A stretch of 64,000 nucleotides of DNA from an uncultured bacterium. Its GTDB lineage: Bacteria; Bacteroidota; Bacteroidia; Bacteroidales; Bacteroidaceae. Of the stretch, positions 52,047 through 61,500 are shown one piece after another. Where the stretch lies: positions 18,316-82,315 of the forward strand of contig CALZTP010000001.1 in the NCBI GenBank assembly GCA_945829115.1, in the 5' to 3' direction. The notes under the pieces are model-generated. The model was not told where the DNA came from. It saw only the letters and a list, made by a program, of their open reading frames with translations, and ran no database searches. The first letter of the stretch is position 1, and the number at the start of each line of letters is the position of its first letter. The translations under genes were made by a program, and so were the position numbers.

Positions 52047-53771
52047 ATGAAAACAATTATCCTTTCAACCCTTCTCTCTGGCCTTGCTCTTGGCGCATCT
52101 GCCCAGAGTCCTATAAAAGTAAACCAAATCGGCTATCAAACTAACGAGCAGAAGATTGCCGTCATAGAACCTTCCGTAAAAGCGAAGTCCTTCTCCCTAA
52201 AAGACGCAAAGGGAAGAACCGTCTGGAGCGGAAAGGCAATCAGCACGATAAAATCGCCTTTCAATGAAAAAGTGCGCGAGATTGTTGACTTCTCAAAGGT
52301 CTCACAACCAGGACGCTACACGCTCGTTGCGGGAAAGAACCGTCAAAAGGTTACAATCTCCGAAAGCCCATACTTTGAAGTTTCCAAAGCAGCCCTAAAG
52401 GCATTCTATCTGCAGAGGACAGGTGTAGAGATAGAAAAGGAATATGCAGGAGAGTATTCTCGTCCTGCTGCACATCTCGACAATAAGGTGATGGTTCACC
52501 CTTCTGCCGCTTCTCCAGAACGTCCTGCAGGAACCATTATCTCTTCTCCTTACGGCTGGTATGATGCTGGCGACTACAATAAATACATCGTCAACTCAGC
52601 ATTCACCATCGGCATTATGCTGCAGTCTTACCAAGTAAACAAAGACTATTTCGACCGTCTGAACGTGAACATTCCAGAATCGGGAAATAAAGTTCCTGAC
52701 CTCCTCGACGAGATTATGTTTAATCTCAAATGGATGCTGACTATGCAGGATCCTTACGATGGTGGTGTTTACCATAAGCTCACAACACCAAACTTCGAGG
52801 GATTCATAATGCCAAAGGAGTGCAAGCAGCAAAGGTATGTTGTACAGAAGAGCACACAAGCAGCTCTCGACTTCGCTGCCACCATGGCTCTCGCTGCAAG
52901 AATATACAATGCCTACCCAGAGTTCCAGAACTTCTGCCAGGAGGCTCTCAAAGCCGCTGAACGTGCCTATGCTTGGGCTGTGAAAAATCCTACTGCCTAC
53001 TACGACCAACCTGGCAACAACACAAAGTTCGACCCAGACATAGCCACAGGCATGTACGGAGACCGCATGTCGTCTGATGAATTCTTCTGGGCAGCAACAG
53101 AGCTGTTCCTCTCTACTCACCAAACGGCATACCTCGAGCAGGCAAAGCAGTTCCTCCCTAATGAGTTCACAATGCCTACGTGGGGTGATGTGTCTGCATT
53201 GGGCATTATGCAATGGCTCAACCAGCAGATTCTCGCTACTCCAGAGGCAAAGGCAATAGACATAGAGAACGTTAAGAGTGCAATGAAGGCATTCTGCAAC
53301 AAGAATGTTGAAGGCCTGGAAACATCTGCGTTCTATTCTGTATTCGGAAACATGGAGGAAGATTTCATATGGGGTAGCAATTCAGAGATGTGTGCTGGTC
53401 GTAGCATCACACTGATGTATGAATACGCTCTTTCCAAAGACGAGAAATATCGTAAAGCGGCATTAACCGCCCTCGACCATATTGCTGGACGTAATGCAAC
53501 TGGCTACTGCTACATAACTGGCTTCGGCACTCAACAGGTGATGAACCCCCATCAAAGACTCTCTGCTGCTGACGGTATAAAGAACCCATTGCCTGGATTC
53601 CTTGCAGGTGGTGCCAACAAAGGTCAGCAAGACAAAGACAACGTGCCTCCATACCCTTCCTCTTCCCCAGACGAGTCGTATATGGACCATGTAGCAAGCT
53701 ATGCATCTAATGAGATTGCCATTAACTGGAATGCATACCTCGTAGCTCTCTTCGGCTGGATTGCAAAATAA
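52047..53771 (+). CDS. GH9 endoglucanase with an N-terminal Ig-like (CelD_N) domain
   Basis: Signal peptide; IKVNQIGY, GWYDAGDYNKY, PHQRLS, YASNEIAINWNA. Confidence 0.95.
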   Translation: MKTIILSTLLSGLALGASAQSPIKVNQIGYQTNEQKIAVIEPSVKAKSFSLKDAKGRTVWSGKAISTIKSPFNEKVREIVDFSKVSQPGRYTLVAGKNRQKVTISESPYFEVSKAALKAFYLQRTGVEIEKEYAGEYSRPAAHLDNKVMVHPSAASPERPAGTIISSPYGWYDAGDYNKYIVNSAFTIGIMLQSYQVNKDYFDRLNVNIPESGNKVPDLLDEIMFNLKWMLTMQDPYDGGVYHKLTTPNFEGFIMPKECKQQRYVVQKSTQAALDFAATMALAARIYNAYPEFQNFCQEALKAAERAYAWAVKNPTAYYDQPGNNTKFDPDIATGMYGDRMSSDEFFWAATELFLSTHQTAYLEQAKQFLPNEFTMPTWGDVSALGIMQWLNQQILATPEAKAIDIENVKSAMKAFCNKNVEGLETSAFYSVFGNMEEDFIWGSNSEMCAGRSITLMYEYALSKDEKYRKAALTALDHIAGRNATGYCYITGFGTQQVMNPHQRLSAADGIKNPLPGFLAGGANKGQQDKDNVPPYPSSSPDESYMDHVASYASNEIAINWNAYLVALFGWIAK

Positions 53772-53774
53772 CTC

Positions 53775-54198
53775 CATAGCCCTATAAGGATATAGTGGTT
53801 GAAGTAAGGGCGGCATAATTTCATATCATAGCCCTGTAAGAGCGGCATAGCTTAGGATAGGGCGTGAGCCCTATCTAACAAGTTCTCCCCCAATGCCGTT
53901 CTGGCTGGAGGCCAGTATTTGAGTAACCATGGGGAAATGCGTCAGCATTTGCCTATGGATTTTGCCCATCAGCCCTACATCTGGCTGGAGGCCAGTACCC
54001 CTATCATATATGTTGCTTGGTACTGGCTTCCAGCCAGCTGCGATAGAGTGGTCCGAGGGCTTTGCCCACGGTTACTCAAAGTATAGGCTTCCAGCCTAAT
54101 TGTGCCAACCTTTACTATGTAATCCGAGGGCTTTGCCCACGGTTACTCAAAGTATAGGCTTCCAGCCTAATCCCCTATTCTCCCCCAATCATAGCCCT
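53775..54198. repeat. REP/BIME-like or MITE-like palindromic cluster
   Basis: Five GGCTGGARGCC cores (2 forward, 3 reverse); exact 49-bp duplicate at 54052-54100 and 54123-54171; CATAGCCCT three times; hairpin GATAGGGC-GTGA-GCCCTATC; 12-bp direct repeats at 53883 and 54178. Confidence 0.8.
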
Positions 54199-54344
54199 CT
54201 CTAAATCTATGTCGCCCCTACATGACTTTCTTGAGTGCTTTACCCATCTCTGTAAGTGCTTTCGAAAAAAAAATGACCGCAGCACCATAAAAAGTGTTGC
54301 GGTCTATATTTTGTTTGTGGCTGTCGCCACGACTGTTATCTCCT

Positions 54345-54596
54345 TTAGAGAGAGTTAACATGCAGAGCAATGCTTGACTTGATGTTAGCAGCCTTGTTCT
54401 TATGAATAATGTTGTTCTTTGCGAGCTTGTCGAGCATCTTCTGAACCTTTGGAAGAAGTTCTGTAGCCTCTGCCTTATCGGTTGTAGCACGGAGCTTGCG
54501 AACTGCGTTACGCATTGTCTTTGCGTAGTACTTGTTGTGAAGAGTCTTGGTCTTAGTCTGACGGATTCTCTTCTCTGATGACTTGTGGTTTGCCAT
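54345..54596 (-). CDS. rpsT: 30S ribosomal protein S20
   Basis: [25 protein letters not shown]. Confidence 0.98.
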   Translation of the reverse strand: MANHKSSEKRIRQTKTKTLHNKYYAKTMRNAVRKLRATTDKAEATELLPKVQKMLDKLAKNNIIHKNKAANIKSSIALHVNSL

Positions 54597-54683
54597 TTTG
54601 TTTCTTAGAGATTTAATTTGATGAATTGAAATAGCTCATGGGTCTTGCGCAATTGCTGCTGCCCTAAGCGGATTATTAAACAC

Positions 54684-54737
54684 AAAAATCCTCCTGCACC
54701 AAGTTTTCGCATCATCTGCGAAGATGCAGGATATTTT
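54684..54737 (-). terminator. Long hairpin between tRNA-Glu and rpsT
   Basis: Outer ATCC/TCCTGCA...TGCAGGAT and inner TTCGCA/TGCGAA pairings, T tract on the minus strand. Confidence 0.5.
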
Positions 54738-54738
54738 G

Positions 54739-54810
54739 TAGTCCGTAGGAGAGTCGAACTCCTCTTTAGAGAATGAAAATCTCTCGTCCTAACCGATAGA
54801 CGAACGGACC
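54739..54810 (-). tRNA. tRNA-Glu (TTC)
   Basis: GGTCCGT/ACGGACT acceptor stem, AGAGA-TTTTCAT-TCTCT anticodon arm, GTTCGA T-loop; no encoded CCA. Confidence 0.95.
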
Positions 54811-54951
54811 AACGTTACGTTTCTTCTTTTGACCCGGAGAAAACCGTTGTCCTAAAAAGCGGTGCAAAGGTACTGCTTTTTTTATTAATATGCAAATATT
54901 TTCTCGTTTTTTTTCGTTATTTCAGAAAAAAAGTGTAATTTCGCAGCTGTT

Positions 54952-55704
54952 ATGTTGATTAAGAGCAAGGCAATAGTGATAAAAACAATAAAATACGGTG
55001 AGCAGAAACTCATCGTAGATTTCGTTACCGCTGCACATGGCAGAATGTCTTCCATGGTGAAGATACCTGCCAAAGGGAGCAGTGGCAAAGGTGGCGTTGG
55101 CAGAGGTGGTTCCTTCCCCAAGCAGTTCTTCCAGCCATTGACAATCCTCACTATCGAGACCGACTACCGCGAGCGGGAATCGCTACAGAAGATTGTGAGC
55201 GTGTCTATCGCAGAGCCATGCCCTTCTCTCCATAGCAGTCCAGAAAAGATCACAATCTGTTTATTCCTCGCTGAGGTCATCTCATATGTTTTTCGTGAGG
55301 AGAATAGCGACGAAGACGTGTTCTCCTTCCTCGAGAAGAGCATCCTCTGGCTCGATATCGAAGAGAGCGGATATGTGAACTTCCACATTGCCTTTCTCAT
55401 CCAACTCCTTCGCCTGCAGGGTTTCCTCCCCTCTTCAAAAGAAAGCGGAAAAGATGATATCTTTGACCTGCACTCCGGAGAATTTCTGTCAACCGTTCCT
55501 CTGCACAATCAATATTTGCAAGCGGCAGATGCTCGCATGATGAAGAGTCTGCTCAGAATAACATATTCAAACATGCACGTCTTCAGTTTGTCACGACAAG
55601 AACGGCAGCGATGTCTCGACATCATTCTCCTATATTGCAGAATACACATCCCATCATTTCCAGAACTAAAGTCACTCTCCGTTCTTCGCGAAGTGTTTGA
55701 ATGA
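54952..55704 (+). CDS. recO: DNA repair protein RecO
   Basis: AIVIKTIKYGEQKLIVDF, FQPLTIL, LFLAEVI, NFHIAFLIQL, FDLHSGEF, ELKSLSVLREVF. Confidence 0.92.
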   Translation: MLIKSKAIVIKTIKYGEQKLIVDFVTAAHGRMSSMVKIPAKGSSGKGGVGRGGSFPKQFFQPLTILTIETDYRERESLQKIVSVSIAEPCPSLHSSPEKITICLFLAEVISYVFREENSDEDVFSFLEKSILWLDIEESGYVNFHIAFLIQLLRLQGFLPSSKESGKDDIFDLHSGEFLSTVPLHNQYLQAADARMMKSLLRITYSNMHVFSLSRQERQRCLDIILLYCRIHIPSFPELKSLSVLREVFE

Positions 55705-55715
55705 GAAAAGATAAA

Positions 55716-55750
55716 GGGCCATTTCCCTTTATGTTCTGAGGAAATGACCC
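55716..55750. terminator. Hairpin between convergent recO and lipoprotein genes
   Basis: GGGCCATTTCC...GGAAATGACCC. Confidence 0.55.
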
Positions 55751-55836
55751 ATACACCTTGTTTCGGACTTAATTCCTTTTCACCTAACCGATTCCATGAC
55801 GGAAGGTTTATAAGAATTATGTTATCTATCTCAAAA

Positions 55837-56391
55837 TTAATTCATACTTAACATAGCAGATGCATCAAACACAAAAGAATGCAGTTTGTGCTGGCCGTAC
55901 TTTGAGAACCATTGTTCCATCTTGTCAACAGGATAATTTAACGGATTTAAGCTTGTGTTACCCGTAGAACCTATTACCTGAGACTTTCCGTTAGAATAAT
56001 ATTTCACAAAAGAAATGTTATACTTATGCTGGTAGCTGAACATAGTTTTTTCTGCAGGGAAGGAAACACCCTCTTTTGGTTCGCAGAACAACTCCACCTT
56101 TCCTGTAACCGGGAACTTTGTAAGTGTAGCCATTAGAACTTTATTAGACAGTTTGTCAACGTTATATGATAGAGGGCTCTGTCCAGAATCGTCTGTATAC
56201 ACAAGAGTCATTTTGCAATAGTCGAGCATATCTTGTGTTGGCTCAATATTAACAATAATCTCCACCTTCTTGACAGTTGCGGTTGGCTCCGTAACGTCGT
56301 CGTCATCTCCGCAAGAAGCGAGTGAAACTGCTCCAATTACCATCAGAAGCAGTGTAAGTGCTTTTTCAAAAAAAATCTTTACTGTTTTCAT
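55837..56391 (-). CDS. Hypothetical lipoprotein, probably surface-exposed
   Basis: Signal peptide II with LASC followed by GDDDD (acidic export-signal-like stretch). Confidence 0.8.
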   Translation of the reverse strand: MKTVKIFFEKALTLLLMVIGAVSLASCGDDDDVTEPTATVKKVEIIVNIEPTQDMLDYCKMTLVYTDDSGQSPLSYNVDKLSNKVLMATLTKFPVTGKVELFCEPKEGVSFPAEKTMFSYQHKYNISFVKYYSNGKSQVIGSTGNTSLNPLNYPVDKMEQWFSKYGQHKLHSFVFDASAMLSMN

Positions 56392-56727
56392 TGTTTTTGT
56401 TGTTATTTATAATTATGTAAATTAGATTGTTTTTTCTGCGTTGCAAAATTACTAAGTTTTTTTTGAAAACACAAAGAAAAATTATAAAAAGTGTAAAAAT
56501 AATATCATATATATGTAAAAATTTTTCCTTGCAACCTTGTAAAAAGTGTAACAAAAAACATCCTATACATGTAACAGTTTTTCCCTATAACATGTAACAT
56601 TATCTACAACAAGCTAACAATAAGCTTATTGCAAATAATGTTACCCACCTTAACTATTTCTATTTTTCTCTCTCATCAACTTATTGATGCAGAAAAAACG
56701 TGCAAAACAAGGAGTGTAGCGATGCCC

Positions 56728-58548
56728 CTACTCTTCTTCATTCCCTTTCTCGTCTGCCTTGAATCTCTTGTATTCGGCAGGGGTGATGCTGAATCGTTCG
56801 GAGAAGAGACGGTAGTAGTTCTGCCTGTTGGCAAAACCAGACTCTAAGGCTATTCCTTCTATGCTGAGGTTCTCCTTGTATTTTAAAAGATAGAGAGAAT
56901 AGTCGAGACGGAGGTTGTTGAGATACCTCGGGAACGTAACACCAGAGACCTTACCAAAGGCAGAGGAGAGGGTGCGGAGGGTGAGTCCCGGAATGAGCGC
57001 AACAGCTTTGTTGCGGTCGAAAGAGGCATCACGGAACAGCATATCCTTCTCGATAAGATCCATTAGTTTCAGAATCTTGTCTTCTGATTCTGTGTCTATT
57101 TGGGCAGAGGCAGGGGTATCTTCAGCAGAGGCTGGGGCATAGACATTTTCAGCAGAAGTTGGAGCGTTTTTTTCATTCTCTGAAACATTCCTTTCTTCTT
57201 TTCTTCCAGCTATTCCACTTCCTGCTATTCTTCTATCCACAAACTTCTCATGTTTCAAAGCCATGAGTTCATCAATGGTTGCTATGTTTGCCTTGTTCTT
57301 CTGATAGATAACCCTATTGTAATAAACAACAATAGTTATAACGGCAATAGCAATTAGCAATGCCACAACAACAATCCATACAAAGATTCTGCCTCGCTCT
57401 AACATTTCCTGCTGCTCTTGAATGAGAAGAACTTTGTTTTGGGTGTCGTACATGATGGAGAGTTCTGTGGTCTCTAAGTCTCGCTCACGGTTTGCAATAC
57501 TGTCTTTGACTGCCATAATGACCTCCATAGTAGACATAGCGGCATCGTGTTGTCCCATCTCCTTTTCCAGTTCCTTCTCGAAGAAGAGAATCTCATTGGC
57601 ATAATAGCTGTTCACAGTGTCCATGCTCTGCACAAAGAAGTGCTTCGCATCACGGAGGGTTTCCTTGGCAAGTGCAAACTGTCGAGATTTTATAAGGTAT
57701 GGAAGGAGTCGTTTCTTTCCTTGAGGGGTGTAGGAGAGTTCCATGGTTCTGAGCTTGTCGTAATAATCCTTAGCCTTTGCAATCTCACCTTTTTCACTAT
57801 GGCACATCTCTAAGATGTAGTAGAAGTCGGCATAGCGCGTCTCCACAACAGTCTTGTCTTCACCGCTCTCCTCCATATTCTTCAAAGCGTTCTCACAGTC
57901 ATCGGCAAGTGCTATGACAGAATCGTAGTCCTTATCACCGAGAAAGGTGTTCATCTTCTCAAAAATTGTGTAAACAATATCGCTGTAACTGCCCTTACCC
58001 TCTTTTATTAGGTCATACTGAATTAAGAGGCTCTCATCGTAATATGCCAGCGCCTGCTGCTGCATATGCATACCAGAGAAGCAGCTTCCCACCACCTCCA
58101 AGAAGTGGGCCTCCGCCTCTTTGTCGCCTATGCTATGTGCAAGCAGGTTTCCTTCGTTTGCGTATGTCACTCCTTTGCTATATTGACTACTCTTATAGGC
58201 AAGCATGGAGAGCATCTTCAGTGTCTTGATAAGAGTGACAGTATCTTCCCTTGTCTCTGGATTGTAATAGATGCGCTCCGCATAGTATTGTGCAACACGT
58301 GTTTGATTGTATGCGTTCTGATAGGTAATAGCCCTCAAGCCGTTTATGTCGTTCACACTCAGTAGTCCGCGTTCCTCTGCAGAGTCAAGGAGATGGAGGG
58401 CACGCTCTGGTTGGGTGAAATGAATTGCGCGCACTGTGTCCATAAGTGCTTCGGCAGTCACGATCCCTGCATTCTCTCGTCTGTTTTCAGAGCAAGCTGT
58501 CAGAAGAAGGAATATAGAAATTGCTGTTAGTAGAAAGTTTCTTGTCAT
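56728..58548 (-). CDS. Transmembrane AraC regulator: lipobox, TPR-like periplasmic region, TM helix, AraC HTH
   Basis: LLTAC; helical TPR-like region; TM IFVWIVVVALLIAIAVITIVVYY; HTH (YLNNLRLDY, ESGFANRQNYYRLF); ends in TAG. Confidence 0.88.
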   Translation of the reverse strand: MTRNFLLTAISIFLLLTACSENRRENAGIVTAEALMDTVRAIHFTQPERALHLLDSAEERGLLSVNDINGLRAITYQNAYNQTRVAQYYAERIYYNPETREDTVTLIKTLKMLSMLAYKSSQYSKGVTYANEGNLLAHSIGDKEAEAHFLEVVGSCFSGMHMQQQALAYYDESLLIQYDLIKEGKGSYSDIVYTIFEKMNTFLGDKDYDSVIALADDCENALKNMEESGEDKTVVETRYADFYYILEMCHSEKGEIAKAKDYYDKLRTMELSYTPQGKKRLLPYLIKSRQFALAKETLRDAKHFFVQSMDTVNSYYANEILFFEKELEKEMGQHDAAMSTMEVIMAVKDSIANRERDLETTELSIMYDTQNKVLLIQEQQEMLERGRIFVWIVVVALLIAIAVITIVVYYNRVIYQKNKANIATIDELMALKHEKFVDRRIAGSGIAGRKEERNVSENEKNAPTSAENVYAPASAEDTPASAQIDTESEDKILKLMDLIEKDMLFRDASFDRNKAVALIPGLTLRTLSSAFGKVSGVTFPRYLNNLRLDYSLYLLKYKENLSIEGIALESGFANRQNYYRLFSERFSITPAEYKRFKADEKGNEEE

Positions 58549-58768
58549 GAGTTTCTTTTGTTAAGTAGGCGTCCAAATTCCTTTTTAAAAGGGTGCATAT
58601 TGAAAATTCTTCGGCAAAGGTACAACAAAAAAGTCAATCCCACAAGAAATACTCAAAAAAAGACACCAACACACGAGACAAGAAGCCGTCTCATATTGTT
58701 ATTGTTGTCGTTAATCATACACGCAAGACATTTCAAGAAACATTTTTTCTATCTGCAGAATAGCTACT

Positions 58769-58837
58769 TTACCGTTAGCTTACTGTTAGCCTACTGTTAG
58801 CTTACTGTTAGCTTACTGTTAGCTTACTGTTAGCTTA
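58769..58837. repeat. 6 x 11-bp tandem array (TTACTGTTAGC)
   Basis: Units at 58769, 58780, 58791, 58802, 58813 and 58824; partial inverted copy CAGTAAGC at 58863. Confidence 0.92.
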
Positions 58838-58944
58838 GGTCGTTAAATTTTTAATGAATTATCAGTAAGCGATGAGTAAGGGGTTATCGTATTTTTATGC
58901 ATCATTTTTCTCTTAGATTTACACTATCATCACATAACATAGAT

Positions 58945-59009
58945 GGCATTTAACTTCGGTGAATATCGGTTGCAGTTAACTTCGTTGAATATCGGCAGCA
59001 TTTAACTTC
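58945..59009. repeat. About 2.5 x 26-bp tandem repeat
   Basis: TTAACTTC at 58950, 58976 and 59002; TGAATATCGG repeated. Confidence 0.75.
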
Positions 59010-59176
59010 TGAGGCATGTGAGAGACCATACGTAAAAATATGTTAAATACCTTCCATTTAACACAGATAACTATATGCTAATATCGATTGATTGAGAGAA
59101 AATAATTAATTTTGCAGCGTCAAATTTTTGGCAATACAAAATATCACGCCTAACTAAAAGAAAATTTAAAGAAAAA

Positions 59177-60070
59177 ATGTCGGAAGTATCAAGAGACAAA
59201 AGAATCTACAAGGTTACACTCCTTGGTAGTTTGGTGAACATCCTTCTGCTCGTGCTGAAGTTCGTAGCAGGAATATTGGGTAATTCAGCAGCAATGATTG
59301 CCGATGCCGTTCATTCACTCAGCGACTTTGCCACAGACATTGTGGTGTTGGCATTCGTGAAACTGAGTAGTAGGCCTGCAGACGAGCAACATAACTACGG
59401 ACACGGAAAATACGAGACCGTGGCAACAACAATCATCGGACTCTCCCTACTCGTTGTGGCAATAGGAATAGCATGGAACGGATGCGAGAAGGTGATTGCA
59501 TGGCATAAAGGTATTCCTCAGGAGTCTCCAGGGATTATTGCACTGATAATCGCAGTGGTGAGCATTCTCGCAAAAGAATGGATATATCATGTAACGATGT
59601 ATGTGGCAAAAGATGTGGAGTCGCCAGCCTTGGAAGCAAACGCTTGGCATCACCGGAGTGATGCTTTCTCTTCCGTGGGTACAGCATTAGGAATAGGAGG
59701 AGCTGTGTTGTTAGGAAATGGTTGGGAGGTTCTTGACGCCATTGCCGCTATTGTGGTGAGCATCATGCTCTTTGTCTCTTCTTTGAGACTACTTTCCGTA
59801 ACGTCTGGAGAACTTCTTGAGCATAGTCTGCCAGAAGAAACGGTTGAGAAGATAAAAGCGATTGTCTACGAAGACGAGAAGGTTCGCGACATCCACAACC
59901 TAAAGACTCGCCGCATAGGACATATCATAGCCATTGAGATGCACCTCCGCCTACCAGGAGAAACAAGTCTGGAAGAGACACATCAGCACACACGACAGAT
60001 AAAAAGACGTCTATGGAACGAGTTTGGCAACGAGGCTCACATCATCATTCAAGTGGAGCCTATAAGATAA
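59177..60070 (+). CDS. Cation diffusion facilitator (CDF/FieF-like) transporter
   Basis: ADAVHSLSD, HNYGHGKYE, AWHHRSD; C-terminal dimerisation domain. Confidence 0.93.
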   Translation: MSEVSRDKRIYKVTLLGSLVNILLLVLKFVAGILGNSAAMIADAVHSLSDFATDIVVLAFVKLSSRPADEQHNYGHGKYETVATTIIGLSLLVVAIGIAWNGCEKVIAWHKGIPQESPGIIALIIAVVSILAKEWIYHVTMYVAKDVESPALEANAWHHRSDAFSSVGTALGIGGAVLLGNGWEVLDAIAAIVVSIMLFVSSLRLLSVTSGELLEHSLPEETVEKIKAIVYEDEKVRDIHNLKTRRIGHIIAIEMHLRLPGETSLEETHQHTRQIKRRLWNEFGNEAHIIIQVEPIR

Positions 60071-60134
60071 AAATTCCCTGCATTCTTGCTATTCCGCAAC
60101 GAGAAAATGCGGCAGCAGGAATGCAGGGACTTTT
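60071..60134. terminator. Long hairpin between convergent genes, likely bidirectional
   Basis: TCCCTGCATTCTTGCT...AGCAGGAATGCAGGGA flanked by A and T tracts. Confidence 0.75.
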
Positions 60135-60245
60135 CTGCAAGGCGAGAGCAGAAGTCAAGCCTTGATTGTGTATGGCGAGCCGAAGCTATAGATGCATTTT
60201 ATTTGAACGATTTCTATTCAGCGAGATGAATTTCGAAATGCGAGG

Positions 60246-61397
60246 TTACAGGAGTGCCTTTATCTCAGCATCGATATCCTTTATCATGATGTCACGCTTT
60301 ACAGGCGTACAGTTGCGGTCGAGAAGGAAGAAAGTAGGGATGGAAGAGACGTTGTAGGTGCTCATAGCAGCTCCTGTGCGGTCGAATACAGAAACCCAAG
60401 GGAGAGCAGCCACAGAGGTCTTCCAGAAATGCTCGTTAGTGCCTACTGCCACTTGATAGATTTCGAATCCCTGTGCACGGTATTTATTGTAGAGACTACG
60501 GAGTTGCATGATTCTCTCAGGAGACTCATTAGCCTCGAAGGAATGGAAATCGAGAAGCACCACGTTTCCTTTCAACGAAGAGAGTTTTCTCTCTATGCCC
60601 TTATTGTCGAGAAGAGAGAGTTCAATGACGCTTGTCTCTTTCACTTTTGATGCTTCAATCTCCAAGGGCTTGTTCTCGCTATCAAGGATTCTCATGGTCT
60701 TCATGCCCTCAAGGGCGATATTGTGGAGATTCTGTCCACGCTCAGCATTAGGATAGAACGTATCCCAAGAGGTGGCAACGGCTGCAAACATCTTTATATC
60801 TTCACGGTTCTCACGAGGATTGAAGATAAGGCGAGGACCGATTGCTTGGAAGAGTGCGAAATAAGCATATGGTTTCATAGGCTCGCGGATGATGTAGTTC
60901 GTCTTGACATTCTCCTTGTAGGCTTCTATGACCTTCGCAATAGAATCGTTGGCAGCAGCAACGCTAAGCTCTGGACTGTCAGCAATGGCAACACAACGGT
61001 TCTGAAGGTCAATCTGGAGATAGGAAAGCTCCTGAATCTTCTTACAGTTTTCAGAGCCTGACACTTCGTATTTCCACGACATCTCTGGATAACGCGCCTT
61101 TACAGTGACGGTCTCTGTGGAGTCAGAGGAGAGATTGATTATCTGTCCAGAGATACGCAAACGGTAGAACTCAGGAGACTCGTGAGCAGCATCAGAGAAA
61201 GAGAAATCGCCGGTTTCATCGAGTTTTACAGAGTCTACGACAACAGGACCGGAAAGAGAGATATTCTCGAAATAAAGGACAGAATCCTTTGCATTTTCTA
61301 TCTCTCCAGTAACGGTGAACTTTTTCTCGCTACAGCTGGCAGCAAAGAGTGCAACAGCAGCAAGGGTGAGGGTTTGAAAGAGATTTTTTCTTGACAT
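60246..61397 (-). CDS. DUF4369 plus TlpA/AhpC-like thioredoxin-fold lipoprotein
   Basis: Likely start MSRKNLFQ with lipobox AASC; C-terminal LSSLKGNVVLLDF, GFEIYQV, LPWVSV, YNVSSIPTFFLLDR. Confidence 0.85.
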   Translation of the reverse strand: MSRKNLFQTLTLAAVALFAASCSEKKFTVTGEIENAKDSVLYFENISLSGPVVVDSVKLDETGDFSFSDAAHESPEFYRLRISGQIINLSSDSTETVTVKARYPEMSWKYEVSGSENCKKIQELSYLQIDLQNRCVAIADSPELSVAAANDSIAKVIEAYKENVKTNYIIREPMKPYAYFALFQAIGPRLIFNPRENREDIKMFAAVATSWDTFYPNAERGQNLHNIALEGMKTMRILDSENKPLEIEASKVKETSVIELSLLDNKGIERKLSSLKGNVVLLDFHSFEANESPERIMQLRSLYNKYRAQGFEIYQVAVGTNEHFWKTSVAALPWVSVFDRTGAAMSTYNVSSIPTFFLLDRNCTPVKRDIMIKDIDAEIKALL

Positions 61398-61435
61398 AAT
61401 ATGAAAGAGTTTTTTGTTTTCTGTAAAGTCAGAGG

Positions 61436-61500
61436 CAGGGGTGTTTTTGTCGGACAGGGGTGTTTTTGTTGGACAGGGGTTATTGTAAGGATAGGGGTGT
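61436..61500. repeat. About 4 x 18-19-bp degenerate tandem repeat (CAGGGGTGTTTTTGTCGGA)
   Basis: YAGGGG at 61436, 61455, 61474 and 61492. Confidence 0.7.

Noticed and set aside
54052-54171. 49-bp repeat pair with a 22-bp gap as a mini-CRISPR
   Set aside because: Only two copies, a repeat too long and a spacer too short, and inverted relatives nearby fit a REP-like cluster better
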